From an uncultured virus (IMG/VR IMGVR_UViG_3300027708_001828) (Duplodnaviria > Heunggongvirae > Uroviricota > Caudoviricetes), in IMG/VR virus record IMGVR_UViG_3300027708_001828: DNA of 64,000 nt; one strand, 5' to 3'. Shown here piece by piece: positions 48,384 through 58,723 of this stretch. The position numbers and the translations under genes are program-made. Under the pieces are notes generated by a model. It saw nothing but the letters and a program-made list of their open reading frames with translations, did not search any database and had not been told where the DNA came from. How positions within the stretch are numbered: the stretch's first letter is position 1; each line of letters begins with the position of its first letter.

Positions 48384-49726
48384 AAATAGTTTATGACAAT
48401 TGGTATCAATCTGTACCGCTGTCCAACGGACTTCATCCCATACTGGCCAATCATATCAAAAGTTCTATACCAAGTATCGATTCTGTAGAAAGTACAGCTA
48501 CTAGTCTAATGAATAGTGACATGTTCCCATTCAGGTGGCATAACAACTTTTTTAAATATTTTAAAAATCATGCTATGGTTGATCCGGATCAAATTGTGGA
48601 CGATGCTGATATCTACATCTACCCGATTGAAATACGCACTTCACTAAATTCACTATTTCAAGATCACTCATTTAACATAGGAGGAAATAGTTGTACTTAC
48701 AATATCAGCGATACCATCTCCCCCAAAGTGTTAAACCATCTGCGATCTGGCAAAGTAAAACTGGTTATAAATTACATTCATGATCCTGTCTCCAACGAAG
48801 AAGACCTACTGAAGTTTGATTCATTATTGCAATCAATAGGTATCAACGGCAAGAATGTAATAGTAGTTGCGGGAAACGAATTCGCTGTGTCTGGTTGTAG
48901 TATAAGAGTAGTTGGTGGACCTTTGTTATTTCCTAGAGAAGATGCTGAAAGAATAACATCAAGGCCTCGACCAGGTCGACTTGGCTACATGAACGATTTT
49001 GTCAAACAGCATGAGTTGAATCCTGATAAAATACGCCCTCACAAATTCATGTGCTTCAATAGACAATTAAGTAATCGCGCACACAGAATATCACTGGCAT
49101 ACCTAGCATTGAAATACAATCTGCTAGATCATAATGTGTTCAGTTTCCTTGAACAGATAACTGAGCGACAGGTGCTGGACAGTTCCAGGGCGTGGAGTAC
49201 CTATTACAAAGATGTAGACCTGTCAGAAATGGCTAGACAAATTGTAAAGATACTGCCTTGGGAAGTTGACACGCATCTTTTGAGTCAGTCTGAAAAAACT
49301 AACTTTTCAACACACAACAACAAAAAAGAACTTTATCTCAACACTTATATTCATATTGTATCTGAAACAAGATTTCACGATGGTGATAGTCCCTTTATGT
49401 CGGAAAAGACATATAGGCCTATAGCAAACTTTCAACCGTTTTTATATGTAGGTAATTATAATTCTTTGAAAGACCTGCATGAATTAGGGTTTAGAACATT
49501 TCATCCTTATATTAACGAGGAATACGATCTTGAACAAGATCCCGAATTGCGCATGGCGCTGATAGAACACGAATTAAAAAAATTAAATGATTTAACACTT
49601 GAACAAATTCACGAATTGTATTTTAGTGTAAAAGATATATTGATCCATAATCGAAACCATCTGACTACATTTATCAATGCACAACCTTACCAAAATTTAA
49701 TAAGAGACCTTCAACATGGAATTTAA
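48368..49726 (+). CDS. Putative glycosyltransferase-like protein (paralog of 45794-47203)
   Basis: FNR...HR; SET....SEKTYRPIANFQPF...LGFRTF..INEEYD. Confidence 0.5.
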   Translation: MDSILKIVYDNWYQSVPLSNGLHPILANHIKSSIPSIDSVESTATSLMNSDMFPFRWHNNFFKYFKNHAMVDPDQIVDDADIYIYPIEIRTSLNSLFQDHSFNIGGNSCTYNISDTISPKVLNHLRSGKVKLVINYIHDPVSNEEDLLKFDSLLQSIGINGKNVIVVAGNEFAVSGCSIRVVGGPLLFPREDAERITSRPRPGRLGYMNDFVKQHELNPDKIRPHKFMCFNRQLSNRAHRISLAYLALKYNLLDHNVFSFLEQITERQVLDSSRAWSTYYKDVDLSEMARQIVKILPWEVDTHLLSQSEKTNFSTHNNKKELYLNTYIHIVSETRFHDGDSPFMSEKTYRPIANFQPFLYVGNYNSLKDLHELGFRTFHPYINEEYDLEQDPELRMALIEHELKKLNDLTLEQIHELYFSVKDILIHNRNHLTTFINAQPYQNLIRDLQHGI

Positions 49727-50699
49727 AAATAAAAATATAGTCGTTACAGGTGCCAACGGACTAGTGGGATTACCTGCGGTTCGCAAGTGCTTAGAAGAAG
49801 GTGCTCATGCAGTTTATGCAGTGGACATTAATATAGGAGAAGGATTGATTTCCTTAAGAGAACAATACTCTAATCTAATACTGGTAATGAAAGACCTAAC
49901 ATATTTGGACAACTGCGAGTCACTGTTTGAAGAACAACCGATTGATATTGTACTGCATATTGCAGGAATAAAAGGATCGCCAGCACGTAGTAGCAAACAA
50001 CCTGCAGACTACTTGTTTCCTATGTTGATGTTCAATACCAACATGATCAAGGCCGCATTTGATGCCAAGGTCGGTTGGTTTGTTTATCTTTCAAGTGTAG
50101 GTGTTTACCAACCTACAGAGATCATGCGTGAAGAAGATGTATGGGTCACTGTGCCCAGTAAGAATGATTGGTATCCGGGGTGGACCAAACGTATGGGTGA
50201 AGCTACATTAGAAAGCCTACAAGTACAGTATGGATGGGACAACTGGACTGTGATACGTCCCAGCAACATCTACGGACTCAATGACAACTTTGCACAAGAC
50301 GCTACTGTGATCAGTAGCAACGTCTGGAAGTTGTACAACGTTGAGGGCAAAGATATAGTGTGTTGGGGTAACGGCAGTGCAAGGCGTGACTTTGTGTTCG
50401 GCGATGATGTTGCACAGGCTAGTGTTGATGTGGTCAAGAAAGAAGTAAAAGATATTATCAACTTTGGTTGTGCAGAAGCCATCACTATCAAAGAAACCAT
50501 TGAGACTATAGTTGACTGCTATAAAGAAATATCAGGTGAAACTAAGAACATTGTCTGGGACGAAACAAAAATGAATGGAGATCCTGTTCGTTGTCTAAGT
50601 CCAGATCGTCAAAAGAAATACGGTATACTTCCGCAAACAACCTTGCGTGATGGTATCAAGCAGACCATCCTAGCATACAAACAAAGGTTAGGCCAATGA
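49716..50699 (+). CDS. NAD-dependent NDP-sugar epimerase/reductase (GDP-fucose synthase-like)
   Basis: TGANGLVG, SSVGVY, RPSNIYG, WGNGSARRDF. Confidence 0.85.
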   Translation: MEFKNKNIVVTGANGLVGLPAVRKCLEEGAHAVYAVDINIGEGLISLREQYSNLILVMKDLTYLDNCESLFEEQPIDIVLHIAGIKGSPARSSKQPADYLFPMLMFNTNMIKAAFDAKVGWFVYLSSVGVYQPTEIMREEDVWVTVPSKNDWYPGWTKRMGEATLESLQVQYGWDNWTVIRPSNIYGLNDNFAQDATVISSNVWKLYNVEGKDIVCWGNGSARRDFVFGDDVAQASVDVVKKEVKDIINFGCAEAITIKETIETIVDCYKEISGETKNIVWDETKMNGDPVRCLSPDRQKKYGILPQTTLRDGIKQTILAYKQRLGQ

Positions 50700-51688
50700 A
50701 AACTACAGATAAGATTTTGGTAACAGGGGCAAGCGGATTCATTGGCTCCAATGTGCTTCGAGTGCTGTATCAACAAGGGTTCACTAATCTACGTGCTAGC
50801 ACACTACAGAGAGGCTTACGGAATGACTTTAACGGATCGGAAACTATCGAACTAGTTAAGGGTGATCTGCGTGATGCAGACTTTGCTAAATTTGTGTCGC
50901 AAGACATTGATGTGGTAATACACTGCGCGGCTAACACTAGTAATGCACTGGATACTAAGTTCAATCCGTTATTACATGTTACTCCCAATGTTGAGATGAA
51001 TAACAACATAATGGAACAAAGCTGGAAGAACAAGGTGCGTAAATTTATCTTTATCAGCACAGCAAACGTCAATGGCGACCTTGGTTCAGTGTATGCTGTA
51101 GAAGACGCCAACTTTATGAACTTGCCGCTAGTACCTGTGTACAAAGCAGTGGGTGCTATGAAACGCTTTGGCGAGATGATGTGCGACTTCTTTAGTAATC
51201 AAATACATGATCCAATGCAGTGCGTCATTATTCGTCCAAGCAACGCATTTGGGCCCAATGACAAGTATGACTTTGAGAAATGCCATGTTACACCTGCAAA
51301 CATTCGCAAAGTGGCGGACAGGCTGAATCCAATTCCTGTTTGGGGTGATGGTACAGAAATACGTGATGTGCTACACGCAGACGACATGGCCGGAGGCATT
51401 GTGTATGTTGCAGAGCATGTGGACACCTATGATATCTACAATGTGTGCTACGGTCAAGGCTACAGCGTTAACCAATTACTTGAGTGGATGAAAGAAGCCG
51501 ACGGCAATACTAACCCAATTGAGTACGTTAACAATCGAGCACCTATGATTCCAGTTCGTCTAGTATCTAGTGAAAAGATTAATGCGCTAGGCTGGAAACC
51601 AAAGCGTGAGATTAAACAAGCACTAAAGGATACTATCGAATGGTATCGTGCGCACAAAGAACAATTTGATCCAAATAGCAAGCCATGA
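50696..51688 (+). CDS. NAD-dependent NDP-sugar epimerase/reductase (GDP-fucose synthase-like)
   Basis: TGASGFIG, RPSNAFGPND, HV.P, WGDGTEIRD. Confidence 0.85.
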   Translation: MKTTDKILVTGASGFIGSNVLRVLYQQGFTNLRASTLQRGLRNDFNGSETIELVKGDLRDADFAKFVSQDIDVVIHCAANTSNALDTKFNPLLHVTPNVEMNNNIMEQSWKNKVRKFIFISTANVNGDLGSVYAVEDANFMNLPLVPVYKAVGAMKRFGEMMCDFFSNQIHDPMQCVIIRPSNAFGPNDKYDFEKCHVTPANIRKVADRLNPIPVWGDGTEIRDVLHADDMAGGIVYVAEHVDTYDIYNVCYGQGYSVNQLLEWMKEADGNTNPIEYVNNRAPMIPVRLVSSEKINALGWKPKREIKQALKDTIEWYRAHKEQFDPNSKP

Positions 51689-52623
51689 AGCGAGTACTAA
51701 TCACAGGCGGTGCTGGCTACCTAGGCTCTACACTAGCTGAACATTTACTAACACAGGGCTACAGTGTAACTGTATTTGATAACTTGTTGTACAAACAGTT
51801 ATCCTTGTTGCATCTATTTAACAGACAGGGCTTTAAATTTGTCTTAGGTGATGTTAGAGATACTAGACAACTACAGGCATTGGTTAAAGAACATGATATC
51901 ATTATTCCCCTAGCCGCAATCGTGGGAATGCCTGCTTGCCGAGCCAATCCCGAACTGGCCAGAGATGTAAACTACAAGCATATAAGATACATAGTGGAAG
52001 TACTGGCCAGTGATCAAAAGCTGATCATTCCCAACACCAACAGCCAATACGGATCAAGTGACGAAATCATTACCGAAGATAGTCCATTCAAACCTTTGAG
52101 TTTATATGCCGAAACCAAATGCGATGCAGAAGATGCTGTGCTGTATCATGGCAACGGTGTTGCACTAAGACTGGCCACAGTGTTTGGTGTCAGTCCACGT
52201 ATGCGTCAAGACTTGCTGGTAAATGACTTTGTTTATAAAGCAGTTACTGATGGATACTTGGTATTGTTTGAAGCGCACTTTAAACGCAATTACATTCATG
52301 TACAGGACATTGCCCAAACGTTTCAGTTTATAATTGAAAACTACGACCAGTGTCGAGGGCAGGCTTATAATGTAGGATTGTCTACTGCTAACCTAAGCAA
52401 GCTGGAACTTGCAGAGTGCATTAAAAAGTATGTGCCTAAACTGGCAATCAAGCAGGACGAGTTTGCCAAAGACTTTGATCAGCGCAATTACATAGTGAGC
52501 AATGCCAAATTGGAAGCATTAGGATGGAATCCCACTTTTAGTTTAGACTACGGCATTGAACAACTAATTACAGCATATCAGATGACAATAGTCCACAACA
52601 ACCGGAACTTTACAAACCTATGA
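51685..52623 (+). CDS. NAD-dependent epimerase/dehydratase
   Basis: TGGAGYLG, LAAIVG, YAETK, RLATVFGVSPRMR. Confidence 0.9.
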   Translation: MKRVLITGGAGYLGSTLAEHLLTQGYSVTVFDNLLYKQLSLLHLFNRQGFKFVLGDVRDTRQLQALVKEHDIIIPLAAIVGMPACRANPELARDVNYKHIRYIVEVLASDQKLIIPNTNSQYGSSDEIITEDSPFKPLSLYAETKCDAEDAVLYHGNGVALRLATVFGVSPRMRQDLLVNDFVYKAVTDGYLVLFEAHFKRNYIHVQDIAQTFQFIIENYDQCRGQAYNVGLSTANLSKLELAECIKKYVPKLAIKQDEFAKDFDQRNYIVSNAKLEALGWNPTFSLDYGIEQLITAYQMTIVHNNRNFTNL

Positions 52624-53066
52624 CCGAACGCAGATACCTACAGACATTTAGCGAGCTGATCGATAGATTGAGCATCGTACAGCTTAAAGAAGTATTCATT
52701 ACAGATTACAAAAAAGAGTACGGTGAAGAGATCGCCGATATCGTGCATGACATACAGTTGATTATGGACCAGCATCCGGATGCCAAAGTGGATGCAGAAA
52801 CTATTCGAGCCATTGTGGTGTTGGCTCAAATGAACTTGCATATTTGGCACAACGAATCAAACTACCGCAGAGGAATCAAAGACGGCAACAATTTGGAATT
52901 GACACACGGCTTGAACGGAATCCGCAACACTAGCAAAAATATCATTCAAGAAGTTGTGGGCGGACGCAAAGACTACAAAGTTGATTGTTTGGCTGCAGAC
53001 TTCCAGGGTTGGGAAATCAGCTGGAACAAAGATGTTTCACAAGACAACAAGCCATCAGTGCCATGA
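52620..53066 (+). CDS. Hypothetical helical protein (DUF4254-like)
   Basis: ELIDRLSI..LK...N..IW..E...R...N..RN..K. Confidence 0.55.
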   Translation: MTERRYLQTFSELIDRLSIVQLKEVFITDYKKEYGEEIADIVHDIQLIMDQHPDAKVDAETIRAIVVLAQMNLHIWHNESNYRRGIKDGNNLELTHGLNGIRNTSKNIIQEVVGGRKDYKVDCLAADFQGWEISWNKDVSQDNKPSVP

Positions 53067-53602
53067 CCAAACCACAAACATCAATTTACAAAGACGCTTT
53101 GACTGAAGCTATGACCTATTTGGGTGAGCAAATCGATACTGTATTCATTGGACAGCAGATTGTGTATCCGGGTAACCCGATGAGTACTACTTTAGTAAAC
53201 GTAGCCAAAGACAAGATGATCGAAGTTCCAGTAATGGAAGAAACACAAATGGGCATGAGTTTGGGCATGAGTATGATGGGCCAAACTGTGATCAGCTTTT
53301 ATCCTCGCTGGAACTTTTTGATCTGCGCGGCTAATCAATTGATCAATCATGTGGACAAGTACGAGGAAATGACTGGCAAACAAGCCAATATAATCATTCG
53401 AGTGGCCAAAGGTGCAGACGAGCCGTTGGATCCGGGTCCACAGCACAAAGCCAATTTCATTGCAGAGTTTACCAGCATGTGTCCAAATACTCGATTTTAC
53501 GATCTAAAATCTGCAGATAGCATTTTGGACACTTATAAAAATGCTTACAAAACGGGCGGAATCCACATTGTGGCAGAATACCCACAGTTATATATTGCTT
53601 GA
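53063..53602 (+). CDS. ThDP-dependent E1-beta/transketolase pyrimidine-binding subunit (short)
   Basis: FIGQ, EVPVMEE..MG...G, NQLINH, GPQH. Confidence 0.82.
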   Translation: MTKPQTSIYKDALTEAMTYLGEQIDTVFIGQQIVYPGNPMSTTLVNVAKDKMIEVPVMEETQMGMSLGMSMMGQTVISFYPRWNFLICAANQLINHVDKYEEMTGKQANIIIRVAKGADEPLDPGPQHKANFIAEFTSMCPNTRFYDLKSADSILDTYKNAYKTGGIHIVAEYPQLYIA

Positions 53603-53627
53603 CATAGCATCAATTTGGTGCTATAAT
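53599..53627 (+). promoter_or_regulatory. Consensus sigma70 promoter with extended -10
   Basis: TTGACA-17 nt-(TGc)TATAAT. Confidence 0.85.
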
Positions 53628-53659
53628 ATAAGTATTGTTTAACTAGTTAGGAGCATGAA

Positions 53660-54859
53660 TTGGCTAAAGTCGCTACAAAACCCCGTGTTACAAAAAAGCA
53701 GGTAATTGCACATCGTACACGAGCTGTAAAAGATCACAGCCCAGTTTGGGAAGGTTGTGAGTCTTGGGACGCAGATACATTCCACCGCTTCTTTAAGAAG
53801 GCAATGGACTACTACCGCTTAGAAAGCGATATCAAAACTTACAAGCCCGCTGTGATTCGTTGGATGGAATCAGTTGGCTGTACTAAAGCAGACATTACAG
53901 CGTTTAAGAAAGTCAAAGATTCGCGTATTGGTACCACAATGGGTGCTGTGGCTTGCTGTTTGAATCGCGGAATGACAGCTAATCGTGCAGACTTCAATCA
54001 AGGTCGTGACACTGCCGCTTGGTTGCGATCAGAGATTGTCAAAGTTATTGCGGCAGGCAAGCATGACGTTGATCCAGAAGAAACAAAATTGCTGGAAGCA
54101 AGCAAACCTGTAGTGATTCAACCCACTATCCAAGAGCGTGTGCGTGAAACTGCCATGAAGATGACAGAAGAAATTGAAGACGCAATTGAAGGCTTCCAAA
54201 CTGACCCAGACACATTTGATCCAAAAGCATTCAAGATGCTGAACTTGCTCAAAGGCAAAGAAGTCAAAGCCGCACATGCTAGAATCATCAAAACGTTTTA
54301 TGCTCGAGATTTAGCAGAACTTGAAGAACTTGCAAGCGGTAGCAAAGATGAGCAGTTGATCGAAGGCTACAGTCATCGTACTAAGAAGCAGATTCGTAAT
54401 TTGATTGCGTTTTATCAAGAGATCATGAGTGCGTGTGACATGCTAGCGCAAGAAGCTAAAGTTAATCGTGCGCCACGTGCTAAGAAAGCACAACCTAAAG
54501 AAAAGGTTGTGGCCAAGTTGAAGTATAAGAAGAGTGACGAGCCCATGAAGCTAGTGTCTATCAATCCTGTAGACATCATTGGTGCTAAGGAACTTTGGAT
54601 CTACAATACCAAGACTCGTAAGTTAGGCAAGTACGTGGCTAACGAGTACATGGAACTTGGAGTCAAGGGTACTACTATTACAGGCTTCAACGAAAATACT
54701 AGCGTTTGCAAAACACTACGCAAGCCCGAAGACAAGCTAAAAGAGTTCAAAGCCGCTGGTAAGGTACAACTACGCAAGTTCTTAGAAGACATTAATGCTA
54801 CAGACACTAAGATGAATGGACGCATTAACGAAGAAACTATCCTAGTTAAAGTAGCTTAA
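53660..54859 (+). CDS. Conserved large-phage hypothetical protein (basic)
   Basis: TTG start with AGGAG RBS; C-terminal SINP..I.GA..LW.YNTK.RKL...GTT..GF...KTLRKP...NGRINE. Confidence 0.7.
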   Translation: MAKVATKPRVTKKQVIAHRTRAVKDHSPVWEGCESWDADTFHRFFKKAMDYYRLESDIKTYKPAVIRWMESVGCTKADITAFKKVKDSRIGTTMGAVACCLNRGMTANRADFNQGRDTAAWLRSEIVKVIAAGKHDVDPEETKLLEASKPVVIQPTIQERVRETAMKMTEEIEDAIEGFQTDPDTFDPKAFKMLNLLKGKEVKAAHARIIKTFYARDLAELEELASGSKDEQLIEGYSHRTKKQIRNLIAFYQEIMSACDMLAQEAKVNRAPRAKKAQPKEKVVAKLKYKKSDEPMKLVSINPVDIIGAKELWIYNTKTRKLGKYVANEYMELGVKGTTITGFNENTSVCKTLRKPEDKLKEFKAAGKVQLRKFLEDINATDTKMNGRINEETILVKVA

Positions 54860-57099
54860 TTGATGTTAACGGTTGTCCCCGATGTAGCAGTTGGGGCAAT
54901 CCTAACAGCATTAAATGTTGGAATACCGTTAGCATCAGTATTGTTTAGCCCCTGTGCATCTGCGGCGCTAGATTGTACTTGTATATAAATTGTATAAGGA
55001 TAAGTTTGTCCAGTAGGCATGTTTACTATCCATTCTGGCGCACATAATAAATTGAAAAAACTTTGTCCACTAGTCTGCGCAATACGTTCAACTAACATTC
55101 TTTCTTGAGCCACACCACTGTTCAAAAGTTCCCCAGTTCCTGATGTACCGCTACTGAATAGTCCGCATTTAATGAATTCTGCGGCACCGCTTGCCCTAAT
55201 ACGTAAATTAGCCCACACACGCCATATACCCGAGCTTGGTATTACTATACTACCTAAACTGACCCAAGTTGTTGAAGTAAATGCCACAGCGGACAAGTTA
55301 GCGGTTACATAGGACAAGTTAGGTGTATAGTTGTTGATAGTAGTAGCACCACCGCCTGTACTTGAACCAATAGTAATGTTTGTAGTTGATCCGCTTACAC
55401 CTCCAGTACCAATGTTTATGGCTTTGGTGGTCGCTGAAAGTGTTGCACCTGTGGCAAAATTATATGTACTTGCACCAGTTGATGCTGTAAACATGTTTAC
55501 AGTTTGAGCACCTGTTGCTGTATTTGCCAAACTGTATGTTGTTGCCGCGCCAAATTCAGCAACAGTTGTTGCCGCATTTGCTAAGTTAAGAGTAGTTGCG
55601 GCTCCTAATAATGCTACAGTGCCATTCGGAGTAGCAAATGCGCTAGTCAATCCTGTAGTACCATCTATACTTGTTAGTCCAGCTAAGGTAGTTGATGATC
55701 CACCTAACGAAACCGCAGTGCTACCAAATGTCACTGAGCTATTGGCCAACATGGTGTTTGATACTGTGCCTGTATCACCAGTGCCAATTAGTGTGCCTGT
55801 TGTGATTGGTAAGGATAAAGTTGGAGTACCTGCTGTAGCTGTTGCTTGTACTGTTACCGTACCGCTGGTACTGCCGGGAAACGCTACTGAACTGATACCG
55901 GTCAAAGCCAGATTGGCCGTAGCTCTATTGATAGCCACACTGGTTGTACCTATGAACATTGTTTGATTATTCAAAGGCACAGTACCAGTTGTGCTTGGTA
56001 ATGTAATTGTTGTTGAATCAGTACCGGCTAGCGTAATAGTGTTACTAACTGAAAATGTTTTACCATCTGCCACTGCCAGTGTTGAACCGGTAGCTGGTGC
56101 AGTAATTGCCATCTTGTTGACACTGGTAGCAGTAGCTACTCCTAGTGTGGGAGTGGTCAATGATGGACTTGTTGCCAGTACCACATTACCTGTACCAGTT
56201 GAACTGGTCAATGTAGGCGCTTGAGCAACAGAACCAGTACCAGTTGATGTTAAGAACTGCGGTGTTGTTGATGTGTTGCCAGTAACAAACAATGTGGTAT
56301 TTGCGGCTGACTGATATGGAATATAGCCGACTGCTCCGCCAGTTATGCCCGCGGCATAGCCATCAATACTGGTAATACCAGTCAATGCCAAACTTGCACT
56401 GGCACGATTGATAGCCACACTGGTTGAACCTATGAAAAATGTTTGGTTGTTTAACGGCACTGTACCAGTTGTGCCGGGCAATGTTATTGTTGTTGAATCA
56501 GTGCCAGCTAAGGTAATTGTGTTTTGCACTGCAAATGTTTTAAGATTGGTCAGTGTAAATGTACCTGTACTAGATGTAATTGTTAGTCCGTTCAAACTGG
56601 TAGCAGTTGCAACACCTAATGTAGGAGTTACTAGCGAAGGACTTGTTCCAAATACTACGTTACCTGTTCCGGTAACACCGGTTGATGTTATTCCATCTAG
56701 AGAAAATGTACCGGCTGCACCTAGCACCAAGTTGTTTACATTAAGTGTACCAGTTCCCGGATTATAACTCAACGGAGTAGTTGTGCTTTCATAGTAGAGT
56801 GTACTACTAGTATAGGTGCCTGTAGCAGGATTAAATGTTCCAGGTGCTGTGGTGAACACAGGGTAATAAGTACCAGCTGAGTTCTGTGCTGTAATCGTTG
56901 TTAGTGCGCCTGTACCGTTACCAGTGTTTGTAATGGTGATTTTACGGTTTGCAGTATCTGAAGTAAGCGTAATACCGAACCCGCCCACTATGGTAAGTGT
57001 ACCGCCCACGCCGGGTGCTGTTAATGTTCCGTCAACTTCCCCTGCGTTTGTGCCGCTGGTTGCGACATAACGGAAAGCATCTGCAATGGCTACTGACAT
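54856..57099 (-). CDS. Thr/Gly-rich tail fibre-like virion protein
   Basis: 747 aa, T/G/S/A-rich beta repeats with an internal duplication and a globular C-terminus; GAGG RBS and TAAATA upstream. Confidence 0.75.
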   Translation of the reverse strand: MSVAIADAFRYVATSGTNAGEVDGTLTAPGVGGTLTIVGGFGITLTSDTANRKITITNTGNGTGALTTITAQNSAGTYYPVFTTAPGTFNPATGTYTSSTLYYESTTTPLSYNPGTGTLNVNNLVLGAAGTFSLDGITSTGVTGTGNVVFGTSPSLVTPTLGVATATSLNGLTITSSTGTFTLTNLKTFAVQNTITLAGTDSTTITLPGTTGTVPLNNQTFFIGSTSVAINRASASLALTGITSIDGYAAGITGGAVGYIPYQSAANTTLFVTGNTSTTPQFLTSTGTGSVAQAPTLTSSTGTGNVVLATSPSLTTPTLGVATATSVNKMAITAPATGSTLAVADGKTFSVSNTITLAGTDSTTITLPSTTGTVPLNNQTMFIGTTSVAINRATANLALTGISSVAFPGSTSGTVTVQATATAGTPTLSLPITTGTLIGTGDTGTVSNTMLANSSVTFGSTAVSLGGSSTTLAGLTSIDGTTGLTSAFATPNGTVALLGAATTLNLANAATTVAEFGAATTYSLANTATGAQTVNMFTASTGASTYNFATGATLSATTKAINIGTGGVSGSTTNITIGSSTGGGATTINNYTPNLSYVTANLSAVAFTSTTWVSLGSIVIPSSGIWRVWANLRIRASGAAEFIKCGLFSSGTSGTGELLNSGVAQERMLVERIAQTSGQSFFNLLCAPEWIVNMPTGQTYPYTIYIQVQSSAADAQGLNNTDANGIPTFNAVRIAPTATSGTTVNIN
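55885..56675 (-). repeat. Internal ~105-aa duplication in the fibre gene (480-nt offset in its best-conserved part)
   Basis: TGTGNVV..SPSL.TPTLGVATATS...NTITLAGTDSTTITLP.TTGTVPLNNQT.FIG.TSVAINRA occurs twice; DNA at 55928-56043 aligns to 56408-56523. Confidence 0.85.
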
Positions 57100-57119
57100 A
57101 AAAAGTCCTCTTTATATGA

Positions 57120-57150
57120 TATTTAGTGTAATTTGGGCTTAAGATAAATA
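57120..57150. promoter_or_regulatory. Divergent TAAATA late-promoter-like motifs
   Basis: Minus 57120-57125 and plus 57145-57150, between two structural genes. Confidence 0.6.
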
Positions 57151-57168
57151 CTTGAAAGAGAACCCTAT

Positions 57169-58620
57169 ATGGCCCAACTATTAAATGTAACAGAAGACGG
57201 CACCGTCATAATGGACAAAGTAGCCCTGAAATACACATCAGGGAGCATAATCCATTCTGGAAGTCTTGAAGTAATCAACTCTGTACAGATCGACAACAAT
57301 CTAGTTGTTGCTGGAACCATCACGGCCGACACGTTCAATGTTAAGAATTTAATCACAGAAAACGGCAGTCTAGCATCTGTAGGCAATTGGATTTACAACT
57401 CAGAAGCTGAACTAAACGGCAAAGGTTTTACCTGGAGCTGGGGTACTGGACAAACACAACTGGTGTATCGTTCGGGTAGCAGAATTTGGGCCAACGCTAG
57501 TTTTGACATCACAGCAGAATCCAGTTACCGTATTGACAACATTGCTGTGCTTACCAGTAACAGTTTGGGTGCCACTATTACCAACAGTAGCCTGACCAGT
57601 ATAGGCACTCTAAATTCACTTGCAGTGTCCGGCAGTAGCACATTTGCAGACTTTGTTTACATTGACAGCGACAGTAATAGAATTGGTATAGGCACACCCG
57701 AGCCCAACAGTTCGCTCAGTATTTTAGACAACAACGTGGAACTCACTATAGGCAGTCCGCAGATCAGTCTAGGTGCCATTGGTACACACAGCAGTCACGA
57801 TCTTGCTATTGTTACAGACAATATTCCACGTATCACAGTCAAGAATATGGGCGAAGTGCAGATAGGCAACGCTCAAAGCAACGGTGCTGTGCTACGTGTT
57901 TACGGTACTATCTATGCTGATCGTATCGAATCAGCTGGCAGCACAGGCATACCAAAAAGCGTAGAATTCGTATCCACGCAAGAATCCAGTATGTTTGGTA
58001 CAGGTCTAGTATGGACCAGTGGTGCTTTATCACATCAGTTGGTCATGATGGATCATCCTCGCAGACTTTGGACTACAGAAAACTTTGATCTTGACAAAGA
58101 TCGCTCGTATCATATCAACGGTGAAGTGGCCCTTAGCGCCGGCACCCTGGGATCATCTATCACTATCAGCAATTTGACCAAATTAGGCATACTGAGTGAT
58201 CTGCACGTGAGCGGTCCTGCAGTGGTAAAATCAATCACAGCTGGATCTCTAACAGTGGATAACACAGTGTATGGATCCGGTGGCTTCTCATATGAAGGAC
58301 AACCAGTGATCACAGCCTATGGCAATCAAACTATCATAGGCAATAGAGATGTACAAACTGCTCCGGTCAAGATATTTGGACCGTTGAGCGTGAATGTAAA
58401 CAATCCAGAACCGGGTGTACAGTTCAGCGTCAACGGTGATGTCAGTATCGGCGGCAAAAAGTTTACCAATGGTATAGGTGTTCCAAGTAGTGGTACATTT
58501 ACACAGGGCGACATTTGCTGGAACATAGGACCGCAGCCAGGCGGATATGCGGGTTGGATTTGTACAGCCAGTGGAACCCCAGGAGCATGGGCGCCGTTTG
58601 GATTGATTGCTAGCCAATAG
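57169..58620 (+). CDS. Virion structural protein (fibre/baseplate-associated)
   Basis: RIGIGT..P motif; repeated S.LT..G.L..L.VSG; C-terminal GDICWN..P..GG..GWIC...GTPG.W. Confidence 0.7.
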   Translation: MAQLLNVTEDGTVIMDKVALKYTSGSIIHSGSLEVINSVQIDNNLVVAGTITADTFNVKNLITENGSLASVGNWIYNSEAELNGKGFTWSWGTGQTQLVYRSGSRIWANASFDITAESSYRIDNIAVLTSNSLGATITNSSLTSIGTLNSLAVSGSSTFADFVYIDSDSNRIGIGTPEPNSSLSILDNNVELTIGSPQISLGAIGTHSSHDLAIVTDNIPRITVKNMGEVQIGNAQSNGAVLRVYGTIYADRIESAGSTGIPKSVEFVSTQESSMFGTGLVWTSGALSHQLVMMDHPRRLWTTENFDLDKDRSYHINGEVALSAGTLGSSITISNLTKLGILSDLHVSGPAVVKSITAGSLTVDNTVYGSGGFSYEGQPVITAYGNQTIIGNRDVQTAPVKIFGPLSVNVNNPEPGVQFSVNGDVSIGGKKFTNGIGVPSSGTFTQGDICWNIGPQPGGYAGWICTASGTPGAWAPFGLIASQ

Positions 58621-58622
58621 AG

Positions 58623-58650
58623 TTGACCTTTACAGTTAAATCTGTATAAT
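58623..58650 (+). promoter_or_regulatory. Sigma70 promoter for the queD operon
   Basis: TTGACC-16 nt-TATAAT. Confidence 0.7.
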
Positions 58651-58657
58651 TACTATA

Positions 58658-58700
58658 TGCGGACTTAGGCATTCATCCCGCAATATAAACTCTGCATGCC
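58658..58700 (+). ncRNA. Candidate H-type pseudoknot leader RNA upstream of queD
   Basis: TGCGG(58658-62)/CCGCA(58678-82) stem; loop GGCAT(58668-72) complementary to ATGCC(58696-700); A-rich linker. Confidence 0.45.
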
Positions 58701-58723
58701 ATTGCTTAATCAAGGAGATTACA

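Noticed and set aside
47754..53602. Pyruvate dehydrogenase complex as an auxiliary metabolic gene set
   Set aside because: The subunits are truncated, E2/E3 are absent and the context is NDP-sugar biosynthesis.
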